Shown here piece after piece: positions 36,763-48,027 of a stretch of 64,000 nucleotides of DNA. Source of the stretch: Sarea resinae (lineage: Eukaryota); contig JAPEUD010000022.1 of NCBI GenBank assembly GCA_026026165.1, positions 124,001 through 188,000 on the forward strand, read 5' to 3'. The translations under genes and the position numbers were made by a program. The notes below the pieces were generated by a model. That model did not search any database. It saw only the letters and a program-made list of their open reading frames with translations, and was not told the DNA's origin. Positions within the stretch are counted from its first letter, which is position 1, and each line of letters starts with the position of its first letter.

Positions 36763-38342
36763 CTACTTGGCATGGATGACAATCTCGTGATAGAGCTCGT
36801 CTGAGATCTTGGCCAGGATGGAGATGGCGACTGCTTTCACCTTTGCGGCTTGCAGCGGCGGGAAGGAGCGGAGCACTTTCATAGGACTGATTTTTGTCCG
36901 CGCGTCTCGTCAGCTTCTTCCCTTTTTATAAGAGCTTTTTGGGGGCGCGGAAGGAGGAGGGGGAGCTTTCAAGGGATAGATAGACAGTGGAAAGGGGACA
37001 ACAAATATACACACCTCGGACTCTCCATGATGGTATCACGCATCAAGACGACCTGCGCCACAATACACAGGATATTCAGATGCGTTCCGAACGCAAAGAG
37101 GAAATCCCAGAGATGCAGCACCTCGGGCAAAGGAGGCGTGCACGCACACAGCGTCAGCACGGACGGGAACGCGTACAGTTTCGCATGCAGGCCCTTTGAG
37201 AGCAGATAGACCGACAGTCGCGAGTCTACGTGCGCCAATACGCGGTCGACGAGAGAGAGGCCCTTGTGCACACCGTCCATGGCACCGCGTACGTAGGCAG
37301 GACAGTGCAGCGTGATGAAGCGGTGGAAGGCGACAAAGGCTTCGGCTTCGGAGCGCGCAGCGTAGAGAAACGGGGCCGCGAGCACGTTCATGCCTTGGAC
37401 GTAGGTGCCTGGTTCCGTGGCCCCAGAGGCCGAGGCCGAGGACGAGGTGGTTGTCGTTGTTGGGGGCCCGCGGGCATGTTTGGCGGAGAGTGTTATGGTC
37501 GGGGGAGAGAGCGACTCCTGTCGGTCGTAGACGTTGTCGGAGGTTTGGTCTTGGATGGCGAGACGGTCAATCTTCGCGTCATGGAGTTTCCAAGCAATGG
37601 CGTTCAGAAGACGGATCAAGGATGCTTCGCTGACACGGCGGCGGAACAGCGGGTCCGTGGCCAGGGTTCGGAAGGTATCGTTGCGGATTTTGGGATATGC
37701 CGGAGAGGGTCCGCGGTGGATGAGGTCGAGATATTGGTCTGTTGGAAGAGGTTGCGCACATAGGAGGATGAGCCAGATATATCCGCGGATAGAAGACTAG
37801 AAGAAAAAGGTCAATTTTTGTTCATCTATGGCTTGATACCAAGGACATACCATGCCGTCCGTGTCACTCCTGATGCCGTCCGTCAAGACTAGGTATCGCA
37901 GATCTCTCAAGCCCCCCGTGACGTCTCCTGAGATCGGACCGTCGCGGACCAAACCCTCCAGAGTCTTGTTCTTCCCTACCTGGCCGACGGGGAAGAGCTT
38001 CCGACTCGTGGCCATTCTTCTCGCTCCAAGCACACTGCTCGGCAGACTGGTCACGGCGGCATCGCTATTCGAACGAGAGCGCGAGAATTGCTGTGGGGAG
38101 GAGATTGTATTGGACTGGTCTTTTCGGGCAGAAGAGTTTAGCTGCTGCTGCTGCTGCAGCTGTTGCTGTTGGCGCTGAATGACCAATGATGGCGTCGAAC
38201 TGTGAGATGTCAGAGTATGCGCTGACTGTAGTTTGCGCAGGCCGCGGTGTGGTCTTGGTGATGGAGTCGGAAGTGTCATGCCACTGGTCGCGGGAGTCAA
38301 GTACGAGGCCGATCGGGCTGATGGTTTGGGAGGAGGCTCCAT
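36763..38342 (-). CDS. BUB2: TBC-domain GAP of the mitotic exit/septation network, Bub2/Cdc16
   Basis: Exons 38342-37851, 37796-37015 and 36886-36763 (465 aa). Motifs KIRNDTFRTL (R finger), YVQGMNVLAAPFLY (Q finger), YAFPSVLTLCACTPPLPEVLHLWDFLFA, LRSFPPL. Confidence 0.95.
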
Positions 38343-38810
38343 GGTGCTCTGTCGAATTGATGGCGATGATGGCGATGACGGTGATAGTGCTGATGATGAC
38401 GGTGATTGATTTCCTTAGACGTGGCTGATGATGTTGTTGATGAAGAATAGCAATCAGCGGTCAACGATGGACGATCAACTTCCTCACTTGCCGTTGCGGT
38501 TGCCTTCAGCAATCAATTGCTGCTTCTTACCGGCCACCACTGAAGATTGTGCTGGATTGCACGGTGATAGTGGGAGAGGTCGCATCGCGTCCCAGCCTCC
38601 CCGCTATGCACGCGAAAGTCGTGAATACCTGACTTTGGATACGAAAAGTACAAAGTACGTCCCATCTACGCAGTCACTGATCGCACAAAAAGAGGCAGCA
38701 CTGAGATGTATCAAAAATGTCTGCGCAAATTCACAGAATGCGTTGAGCATGCGTTGAGTGAGGATTGAAGAAAGACAGGGGAGTTAAAAAGGTATGCCAA
38801 AAAGAATGCA

Positions 38811-38824
38811 AAAAATGCAAAAAA
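38811..38824 (-). terminator. RNA polymerase III terminator T-tracts of tRNA-Trp
   Basis: Two T6 runs on the minus strand starting about 12 nt past the tRNA 3' end. Confidence 0.75.
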
Positions 38825-38835
38825 GCCGAATAGAA

Positions 38836-38907
38836 TGAGCCCTGTCGGATTTGAACCGGCAACCTTTCGATCTGGAGTCGAACGCGCTACCGTTGCGCCA
38901 AAGGCCC
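38836..38907 (-). tRNA. tRNA-Trp (anticodon CCA), intronless, 72 nt
   Basis: Cloverleaf: acceptor GGGCCTT/AGGGCTC, D stem GCGC/GCGC, anticodon stem TTCGA/TCGAA with loop CTCCAGA, T loop TTCAAAT; followed by T6 tracts. Confidence 0.97.
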
Positions 38908-40808
38908 CATTCGATGGAAGGAGGACTCCTTAGAGAATATCTGAACCAACACCGGGGCTCGGTGGCTCGCTTCTGCACCTGGCCATCCTCAGTCTGACTC
39001 TTCCACCTAGTCCTTCATCCACTCATCTTCTCCAAGAAAGCTGACCCAGGACCTATGATGGGATTCATTGTGCTACTATGTACATACTCGAGAGCTCTTC
39101 ATGTCGTCTTGCTCTACTCTGTAGCACTCTAGCAATCTCACCCAAACCAGGTACTGTGCATTTCCAATCGACGCTCAACAGTCACGACTGTCTAGAGTAT
39201 TTCATTGACTACATCTACTGCAGTACATGGCTACCTACTAAGTATGATGCACACCTCCTACGGAGTCGACAGCAGAGCATGATGAGTGTGACCATCAAGC
39301 AACTGTCATCACCATCTTGACATCAGTCACGTGAGCATAATTCCTTGTCTGCGCTCTTTGGCACATCTACTCCGTATTCATGCCCGCGGTCGTTGATGAG
39401 TACTCTGCTCTTGGCGTCGCAGGGTCCTCGCCGCCCTGGAAGGTCTCACAGTGTCCCGGTCCGAACGTGCTCTTAGACTCGATGGTGCCTTTTGTCTGCG
39501 CGGCCATTGGTGGGGCCCGGGACCCTTTGCGGTGTAGGCGGTTTTGGCGGATGATGTGATGCGGCGCATCGTCCACGCAATTGCCAAGTTGCCCCTTCTC
39601 TAGCCCCTTTGGCCTCTAGCGGCCGTGCCGTAGACGAGCTGTCCCACGTTCGATGTAGATCGGCCGCAGTGCATGACGGTAGACGCGGGAATAGTCAAAG
39701 TTAGTTGCGTGTTGCCTTTTCCTCCTTTGTGGTGGAGAGGGCGTGCAAAATACGGCAAGATGGCCATCGAATGCAGTTTTGCAGACCGAAAGCTTCCAGA
39801 GCTGGGGGATCCAGCTGGGGAGACAACGTGGGATCCCAACCGCGATCCCTCCCTCGCCTTGCCGACTGCCTTTTCCTTTCCTGGTGCGCTCTCAAGTCCC
39901 GACCATCTGCCATCAACCGATCCAATCTCGCCCATCTACTCCGTAGAGTAGTCGGACAGGACCCCCAAATGTTTCTCCTTCGTACGCAATGCGTACTGTA
40001 CACGCACACCATGTGTAATGAGAACGCGGATGGACATCGCAGCTCGATCCTATGCCCGACTGCGTTGGTCAGTCCACGCTAGAAGACCGACAGAACGAGG
40101 ATCATACTGCCCATACTCCGGAAACGGAGGGTCTGTTGTCTGATCTATCCACACTTCCACGCATCTCGACCGCAAGCTGGAAGGTTATTTCTTGTGCTTG
40201 ATCATAATCATATCGTGGTGTGCCAGGTGATGGGTGACATGCTGTTGATTTGACATTCAACCTCCAAACCCCGGCCCTCCACCACCCCCCCATCTTCTCG
40301 AAGCCTTCTGTCATTGTCCTCTTCCATTGGCTATTGGCGTGATCCTCCCCGCCCTGAACGAGCCTCCAACATCTCCGCGCACCTTCGTTGCGTCGGCTTT
40401 CCTCGATAGGCCTCTCTTGGCTTTCTTGGGATGAGCCGAGCCAGTGTGGATCAAGACCACCTCGAATGAAGGCTGAAGACCTGGACCGTCCATTGCAACT
40501 GTCGTGAAGATTTTGATACGCCACATCCCACCTGGAACAAAGCACGCCTGCCCAAGCACGAGAATTGCATCGATCGGGAGACCATGGCTGGGTTCTCGTA
40601 AGGAAGCTTGCATACATATATAGACTTGCCTCCCGGCCTCACCAACCCCGGAACAGTGCATCGACCCTGGAAGTGATCAGCCGCCGTAGTGTTGGGAACG
40701 TTCCTCATTCGCCGCGTCTGCACCGCACACGATCTCACCTGCTGCTGTGGTGATTCTTCTCAACTCGGACTTCTGGGGCTCGGGAGATCTTCTCCCCCTC
40801 CAGACCTC

Positions 40809-43690
40809 ATGGCTCCTGCCACGGCGACCAAGATCGGCCATGGGCTGGCCAAAGTCTTAGGCATCAAGCTGCAGTATCGTAATGAGCTTGGGAAAGATGC
40901 CGTGTCCAGAGGAGAATCCGTCTTCTCGATATCGACCGCGGATACCTACGTCGAGGAGGAGCCGACCTCTGAAGAATGGCTTCGCGATACTCTGCCGTCG
41001 CCTCAGGCTCTCCTGCATTATCTCTACAGCTTATTCCCCTTCACCCACTGGATTGGTCGCTATAATCTGACATGGCTGGTCGGGGACCTCATCGCCGGTA
41101 GGTTGGCCTCTCGTGTTTTGCTATCGGCTGTCACTGACGCGGAAAAGGTGTCACCGTCGGCGCTGTCGTGGTGCCGCAGTCGATGGCTTATGCGAAGCTG
41201 GCCGAGTTGCCGGTTGAATTTGGTCTTTACACGTCGTTTATGGGTGTTTTGCTTTATTGGTTTTTTGCGACTTCGAAAGACATTACCATCGGGGTGAGTC
41301 TGAAGCCTTTCGTACCCTTGGTGTGGTGAGATGCGATCCGAAGCTGACTGGCAAAGCCGGTCGCGGTGCTGTCGACGATTACGGGCAATGTCGTCAACAA
41401 GGTGCACAAGTCGAACCCGACGATTCCAGGCGATCAGGTCGCTTCCTGTCTGGCCATCATGTGCGGAGTGATCGTGTGCGGCATCGGCCTGGCCCGGTGC
41501 GGCTGGATCGTCGACTTCATCTCCCTGGCCGCCATCTCGGCTTTCATGACCGGATCTGCCCTCAACATTGCCGTCGGCCAAGTGCCCACGATGATGGGCA
41601 TCAGTGGCTTTTCCACCCGAGGGCCGACCTACATGGTCGTGATCCACATCTTGAAGCATCTCGGCCGGACCAAGATCGATGCAGCCATGGGCCTGACGAC
41701 GCTCGCCATGCTCTACATCATCCGATATGCCTGTACGTTGGGAGCCAAGAGATGGCCGCTGAAGAGAAAGGCGTTCTTCTTTGCCTCGACTCTGCGCACC
41801 GTCTTTGTCATTCTACTCTATACGCTGATCAGCTGGCTGGTCAATCGAAACCGCCGGAAGCATCCTCTCTTCAAGATTCTGGGAAAGGTTCCTCGGGGTA
41901 AGTGATCCGACGCGATTCTCAGGGCGTCGAGCTGATGGGAGAACAGGATTCAAGGATGCACGAGTTCCAGAGGTCAACAAGACCATCATCAAGGCATTTG
42001 CCAGTCAATTGCCCGCCACCGTCATCGTCATGCTCATCGAGCATATCGCCATCTCGAAGTCCTTCGGCAGGGTGAATAACTACACGATCGATCCATCCCA
42101 GGAACTGGTCGCTATCGGCGTTTCCAATCTTCTGGGCCCATTTCTGGGGGCCTATCCGGCCACTGGATCTTTCTCTCGTACTGCCATCAAATCCAAAGCG
42201 GGCGTCCGCACCCCTCTCGCCGGCGTCATCACCGCTGTTGTGGTTTTGCTGGCCATCTATGCGCTTCCAGCCGTCTTCTTCTACATCTCAAATGCCTCTC
42301 TCGCGGGTGTCATCATCCATGCCGTGGGAGATCTCATCACGTCTCCGAACACTCTCTATCAATTCTGGCGCATCAACCCCCTGGAGGTCATCATCTTCTT
42401 CATCGGCGTCATCGTCACCGTCTTCTCCAGCATCGAAGACGGCATTTATACTACCATCTGTGTATCCGTCGCGGTGTTTCTGTTCAGAGTCGTCAAAGCC
42501 CGAGGCCGTTTCCTAGGAAAGGTCAAGGTGCACTCCGTCATTGGCGATCACCTCACGGGCGACAATGGTCACAAAGATCCCGTAAACACCGACACGGATC
42601 TCGCGACACGAAACATCTTCTTGCCCATCGACCACCACGATGGCTCAAATCCGCAGGTCGAAGTCGACTCTCCGTACCCGGGCATCTTCATCTACCGGTT
42701 TTCCGAGGGGTTCAACTACCCCAACGCGAACCACTACCTCGACAACATGGTCAACTACATCTTCAAACACACCCGTCGGACCAATCCATTCTCTTATGGG
42801 AAACTCGGTGTAAGTTCTTTTTAAGAGGAAAAAAAATTTCACCGCTAACAGAAAATCAGGACCGGCCCTGGAACGACCCCGGCCCCCGTCGCGGGCACGA
42901 AGTCGAAACACACACCGACCGGCCCACCCTCCGCGCCGTGATCCTGGACTTTTCCTCTGTGAACAACGTCGACATCACGAGCGTGCAGATCCTCATCGAC
43001 GTGCGCAACCAGCTCGACCGGTACGCGTCGCCGGACCGGGTCGACTGGCATTTCGCATGCATCAACAACCGGTGGACGAAGCGGGCGCTCGTGTCGGCCG
43101 GATTCGGATACCCGACGCCCGAAGACGCCGAGTTCCACCGCTGGAAACCCGTCTTCAGCGTCGCAGACATGGGCGGCTTCGACTCGGCGGCGCAGGCGGC
43201 CGAGCAGCGCGAGAACGAGAAGGTGGTCATGGGCCGACGACCACGGGCCGCGCACGTGCGGCCGCAGCAGGACGACGACGAGAACGACATCGAGAGAGGC
43301 AGCTTGCATCGCAGGCCGGGCGCACCGGACTACGAAGACACGGACCCGGACTTCAAGACGTCGGCCTCGTCCGACCCCGCCAGCTCCGACCTTCACCACC
43401 GGGGCGGCTTCTCGCACCACCCTCACGACAAGGACGCCACGTTCGAGCACGCGACGGCGGCGCCGCGCACGACGCTGATCCACGGCCTCAACCGGCCCCT
43501 ATTCCACATGGACCTGACGTCGGCGCTGCAGAGCGCGGTGGCCAACGTCGAGCGCCGCGAGCCGTACCGGCCGGCTGGCGTGGGACTCAATGGCAGCGAC
43601 GACGACGAGACCAAGGGCGTCGGCACCGAGGTTGTGGACGGGGATGGGGTCGAGGGCGAGAACACGCCCGAGGTGCAGCGGGTGCTGTGA
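40809..43690 (+). CDS. SulP/SLC26 sulfate permease (sB/CYS-14/Sul type) with STAS domain
   Basis: Spliced motifs GDLIAGVTVGAVVVPQSMAYA, FATSKDITIGPVAV, EHIAISKSFGR, PATGSFSRTAIKSKAGVRTP; STAS motifs FNYPNA and VILDFSSVNNVDITSVQ. Four introns. Confidence 0.95.
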
Positions 43691-43899
43691 TGGACGTCGT
43701 CGTTGCGGTCGCAGTTGCGCTTGTGTCTTGCTCTTTCTTCGTCGTCTTTGTCTTTGTCTTTGTCTGGCATGCATAGAGCACTACGCACCGTTCCCATTCT
43801 CGCCATTTTCTTTTCTTTTTTTCGGTTTCCCTAGCAGGAGAAGAAGGCAGGTTGCTTGCTTGCTTGGGACAAATAAATAAATCAGCCTACGTAACGTAT

Positions 43900-45140
43900 A
43901 GTATAGTATAGGACAGTATAGTACGTTTGGGGAAACGGTGTTGGGTATACACAACAGTAACAGTCGGTTTTGTTCTTCTCTCTGAATACACCAGTCAACT
44001 TTTGATTTATCTAGCATTCTACACTCTGTCTCGACCTCTACCTACCCTTAGGACGTACCTATGTATAAGAAGTTAGCTATAGAGGAGACCTACCTACCTA
44101 ATATGTCTTATAAAAGAGGCCTATACAGACTATCTACATATAACAAATCCTACCCCTCTCTCTCTCTCTCGCTCTAATTGATACTCTTCCTATCTATAAA
44201 TTCAGCCCCTGTTTGATTTAGTGTAACACACGCAGCACCACCTACCTACCTACCTACCTACCTATATAGTAAGCTTACACCAAGTAAGAAAAAAAAACAA
44301 CTAACCTAGACAAGCTAGATTCATATATATATATATATAGATATCGTAGTCTTTATAAATTAATAGCTATATCAATTAGATATAGGAATAGGATTTTATC
44401 TATCTATCTATCTATCTACCCAGGTAAGGTAGGTACCTTAGTAGCTATTAAGTTAGTTAGTTAGTTAGTTAGTGTGGCTTTATATTTTAGAGTTTAGAGC
44501 GGGTAGAGAGAGGGGCAATAGATGAGTAGGTATCATTGTAGGTAGGAAGTATATTTGTGTCTTTTTTATTGTTGGAAGTGGGTTTATAGGTTTATAGGTA
44601 AGGGGGGGGGGGGGGGGGGGGGGGGGTTGTTAATAGTAGAGTTAGAAGGCTTAGAGGGGTAGAGAGGTAGAGGGAGGGGTATAGAGTTAGAGAGTTTAAG
44701 GAAGTGCTGAGATGTTTGAAGAGTCTTAGAAGTCTAGGATAGGGCTTTTTCTTTGACGAGAATAGGAAGTGATATGATTAGAGAGAGAAAAAGAGAAAAA
44801 GAGAAAAAGAGAAAAAGAGAGGAGAAGAGTAGGTATAGAATCACTTTAAGATAGGCATGAGAGAATCATTATAATAGTTAGGGTATAATTGTTTGACAAT
44901 TTTAGTGTTTATAAGAGAAGGGTTTAATCAGAGGATTTGCTAGGTTGCCTTTACTCTCTCTCTTACTCTCCCTCTCTCTCCTTTACACGTGTATTTTGAT
45001 TGCACATGCTATGTCCTTCCTTCTAACCCTTTTATATCCCTCTTGCCTCTAGCCCATCCTACTCTCCCTGACTCTGTCCCACTCCATTCCATCCCACCTC
45101 AACACGTCCATGCGCCTTCCTACCTACCTATCTAAGTAAC
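43900..45140. repeat. AT-rich, TpA-rich low-complexity spacer with SSRs; possible RIP-degraded repeat relic
   Basis: No ORFs, abundant TA/TAG, arrays (CTAC)n, (TA)n, (TCTA)n, (TTAG)n, G25 at 44602-44626 and (GAGAAAAA)n. No terminal repeats or transposase remnants recognised. Confidence 0.6.
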
Positions 45141-45159
45141 CAGCACTTCTTCTACTCCC

Positions 45160-47286
45160 TCAAACCAACTTCAACCCCTTGGCCACCACGCCGAGAGACG
45201 TCAATTCCTCGATTGAGAGGATGAATCGTTTTTGCCTCTGCCTCTGTTTCTGTTTTTGTTGTTGCTGTTGTTTTTGCGCCCCCTCTCCTTTTGCTTTCGT
45301 CTTCGCTTTGGCTTTTGCTTGCGGGTTGCCTTCTCGACCATCCTTCTGTTTGTCGTCTGGATAGAGATGATGATGCTGGTGCTGAGGAAGGTGGAATGAC
45401 GCAGAGCTGAAGGCAGCCCGGGGAGGACGGGGAGCTTGAGAGGAGGGCGGCGCCTGTGTTGAGCTAGTGGAGGCAGAGGAAGAGCGGGGAATTTCAATCT
45501 GACCGCGTGTACGGGTTGGGGCCGAGGTCGATGCTTGTGTTTTAGGTTCTGACTGTGGTGGAGAAACGGTAGATGAGGCCCGCCGTGGTGGCTGCTGCGA
45601 TGACGGTGGTGGCGTGTCTTCCCCCCCTTTCGTCTTTTTGCTGTCGTCTCCATCTCTAGCTACCGCACGAGCTCGATTTTGCACTTGCATCTGCCCTCGC
45701 AGCTGCGGTCTCAGGGGCGGCTGGAAAGACGGCGGTATCGCTTTTGCCATCGCACTCGCCATTGCTGGTGTCATTGGTGATAGTGGGGGCTGGACTTGCA
45801 CTTGCGTCGGGGATTGCGTCTGAGATTGCGTTTCTATCTCCGCTTGAACCTGGTGGTCCCGCGTCTGCTTCTCTTGTCGAGGATTCATAGCTTTCCCTGG
45901 TCCTCCTACCAATGTGGGAGCTCTGATTGGGCTCGGCCGAAGGGATGAAGCCGTTGAAAAAGAGGAAATGGGTTTGCGGGCGGCTGAGAGGAGTCGGCGA
46001 TGCGATCGTGAGGCTGAAGCCGAGGCCAGTGGCGACTCTGAGACCGCGACTGTGACAACAGCATTAGGTCTCTGATTCCCATCACCAGCATTTCCATTCC
46101 TGGTACGTTGGCCGTCTTCTTCGCCGGCTTCTTCGACAATTTCTTCACCGCCTTTCTCCTTTCTGCTGTTCGTGGCGGTGATGGTATATTCCGCAGAGCG
46201 CTGAACACCCTTCTTCTTCCTCTCTGCTGCTTTCTTTCCCACGACGGTGGCGAGCGTCTCCCCTTCTTCTGCGGAAACCCGTCCTTCCTGGGTTCTAGGC
46301 ACCTTAGCAGGCCGTTTGCCCCTTATTTCTCGCGCCCGTGCTGGTGCTCTACCGTCTAGCGGACTAGAGAGATTCTTTTCCGGGTTCGTGGATCCGGCTT
46401 TCGCTTTCGCTTTCGAGCTTGCGTGAGATTTGGATTTGGACAAGTAAGATTGCTTGGGAGGGGCGCGAGGGCGAAGACTGCGCATTGTCGTATCTCTCAA
46501 GGCACGAGATGGATTGGGGGGACAATTCACAGGAACGGGACTCGTCGACACCAGTAACCGCGATGAGGAGGGTGGAGGCGATGCAGATGATCGTTCTACA
46601 GAAGACACCCTCTTCCTCTTCATCGCCCCCTTTGCAGCCGCAGTTTGCTTTCCCTTCCGTTCCGTCGCAGTCGTAGAAAATGGCTCGTCTGTAGACCTCC
46701 ACCGAGGATGCTGCTCGTGCACCAGCGCATTGGACCCTTCGGACGAATCAATATCTATTGCTGTGCCCTTCGGCTGTCCCGCCTGTAAATGAGACCTCAA
46801 GCCCACCCCTTCATCTTCCAAGACCCGAAGTCTGCTGGCAAAAGTCTCATTGATGGCCTGTTCACGCTCGAACGTCTCCAAGCCCGCCACAAGGCCGGCA
46901 ACCTGACGCTCCAGCTCCTCATTACTTTCAGCCATAGCCTTCAATTCCGAGTCCCGATCCGACTCATTCTTCTCCAGAGCCAGAAATCTCTCTCTGGCTT
47001 CACCGTGGCTCTTGTCAGCCCCGCAGATGAGATGGGAGAGATGATTGTTCTGTTTCTCTAGCTCCTCTACTCGGCGGACGAGAGATGGCAGGAGACCCGA
47101 AACTAACTTGTCCAGCTGGAGGAAGAGGGACGAGATGTCAGTAGATTGCTTTTCGGTCGACGAGAGACGGGCTGTGCAGTGCGAGGTTTGATCGACGAGG
47201 GTGTTCAGACGCGATGTGAGATGCTCAAATTCGCGACGTAGCTGGTGAGCCCAGAGAAGGCTCGTCGGCGAAGTAGGCCGCGGCAT
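45160..47286 (-). CDS. Hypothetical protein: N-terminal coiled coil plus long basic disordered region
   Basis: Uninterrupted 708-codon ORF from ATG 47286. N-terminal SPTSLLWAHQLRRE followed by heptad-patterned L/E/Q helix, then S/P/K/Q-rich tail. Confidence 0.75.
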   Translation of the reverse strand: MPRPTSPTSLLWAHQLRREFEHLTSRLNTLVDQTSHCTARLSSTEKQSTDISSLFLQLDKLVSGLLPSLVRRVEELEKQNNHLSHLICGADKSHGEARERFLALEKNESDRDSELKAMAESNEELERQVAGLVAGLETFEREQAINETFASRLRVLEDEGVGLRSHLQAGQPKGTAIDIDSSEGSNALVHEQHPRWRSTDEPFSTTATERKGKQTAAAKGAMKRKRVSSVERSSASPPPSSSRLLVSTSPVPVNCPPNPSRALRDTTMRSLRPRAPPKQSYLSKSKSHASSKAKAKAGSTNPEKNLSSPLDGRAPARAREIRGKRPAKVPRTQEGRVSAEEGETLATVVGKKAAERKKKGVQRSAEYTITATNSRKEKGGEEIVEEAGEEDGQRTRNGNAGDGNQRPNAVVTVAVSESPLASASASRSHRRLLSAARKPISSFSTASSLRPSPIRAPTLVGGPGKAMNPRQEKQTRDHQVQAEIETQSQTQSPTQVQVQPPLSPMTPAMASAMAKAIPPSFQPPLRPQLRGQMQVQNRARAVARDGDDSKKTKGGEDTPPPSSQQPPRRASSTVSPPQSEPKTQASTSAPTRTRGQIEIPRSSSASTSSTQAPPSSQAPRPPRAAFSSASFHLPQHQHHHLYPDDKQKDGREGNPQAKAKAKTKAKGEGAQKQQQQQKQKQRQRQKRFILSIEELTSLGVVAKGLKLV

Positions 47287-48027
47287 GGTAGGAGACAATA
47301 TCTAATAAGAGATGTAATTGGCTTATGATGGAACGGAGAAGAACTTATTGTTGCGTTGGAAGGATGTTCAATGGAAGAGCATCTGTTTTGGAAACGGCAG
47401 ACAAGACACATACGACATACAACCATCAATCATGCCATAACGTTTCTGACCTGGAATACCTCACTTCACCATGAACAAATATACAAGGTAAGATTTCTTG
47501 CACTGCTCTAGTGTGATACAGAAGAAAACCATTATCATCATCATGGACGACACAGATCATATCATCAAGACGACCACACCAGATTCATCATTCAGGAGGA
47601 CGTGCAAAATCCTGAACCCGACGATTTCCCGATTCGTCACTGGCCCTCATCACAATAGCCGAGGAAGAAAAATCCTCAGATGCGTCTGCGTCGAACCACA
47701 TATGAGAGACGTCGAGAGAAGAATCGTAGAGAACTTGCTCGCAGCGAGCAGCCACGAGCAAGGAGAGCAAACCGATAATAGACTGTGCACAAAGAAAAAC
47801 TAGACAAATGAAAAGATCCCAGACGAAGCCCGGAATGTGCCCACTTTTAGTCGGCTGTCCTTTATTTTCCAACCTCTATTTTCCCCACAGGCCGGGCGAA
47901 CCAGCTCTGCTCACTATCACTGTCCTCTTTTCAGAGGTCATTTCCACAAAACTGCCCAAATACTTTAAGAGTAAGAAGCGTCGATGCAGAGAATACGTGA
48001 TATACCGAATGGTGCGAATTAGGTAGT

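Noticed and set aside
11229..38342. flbC, sec9, rax2 and bub2 as a morphogenesis gene cluster
   Set aside because: Interspersed with unrelated housekeeping genes over 27 kb, with no shared element seen; would need synteny or co-expression evidence.
38836..38907. tRNA-Trp as a UGA suppressor
   Set aside because: The anticodon is CCA, the anticodon stem has the full 5 bp and the D stem is canonical.
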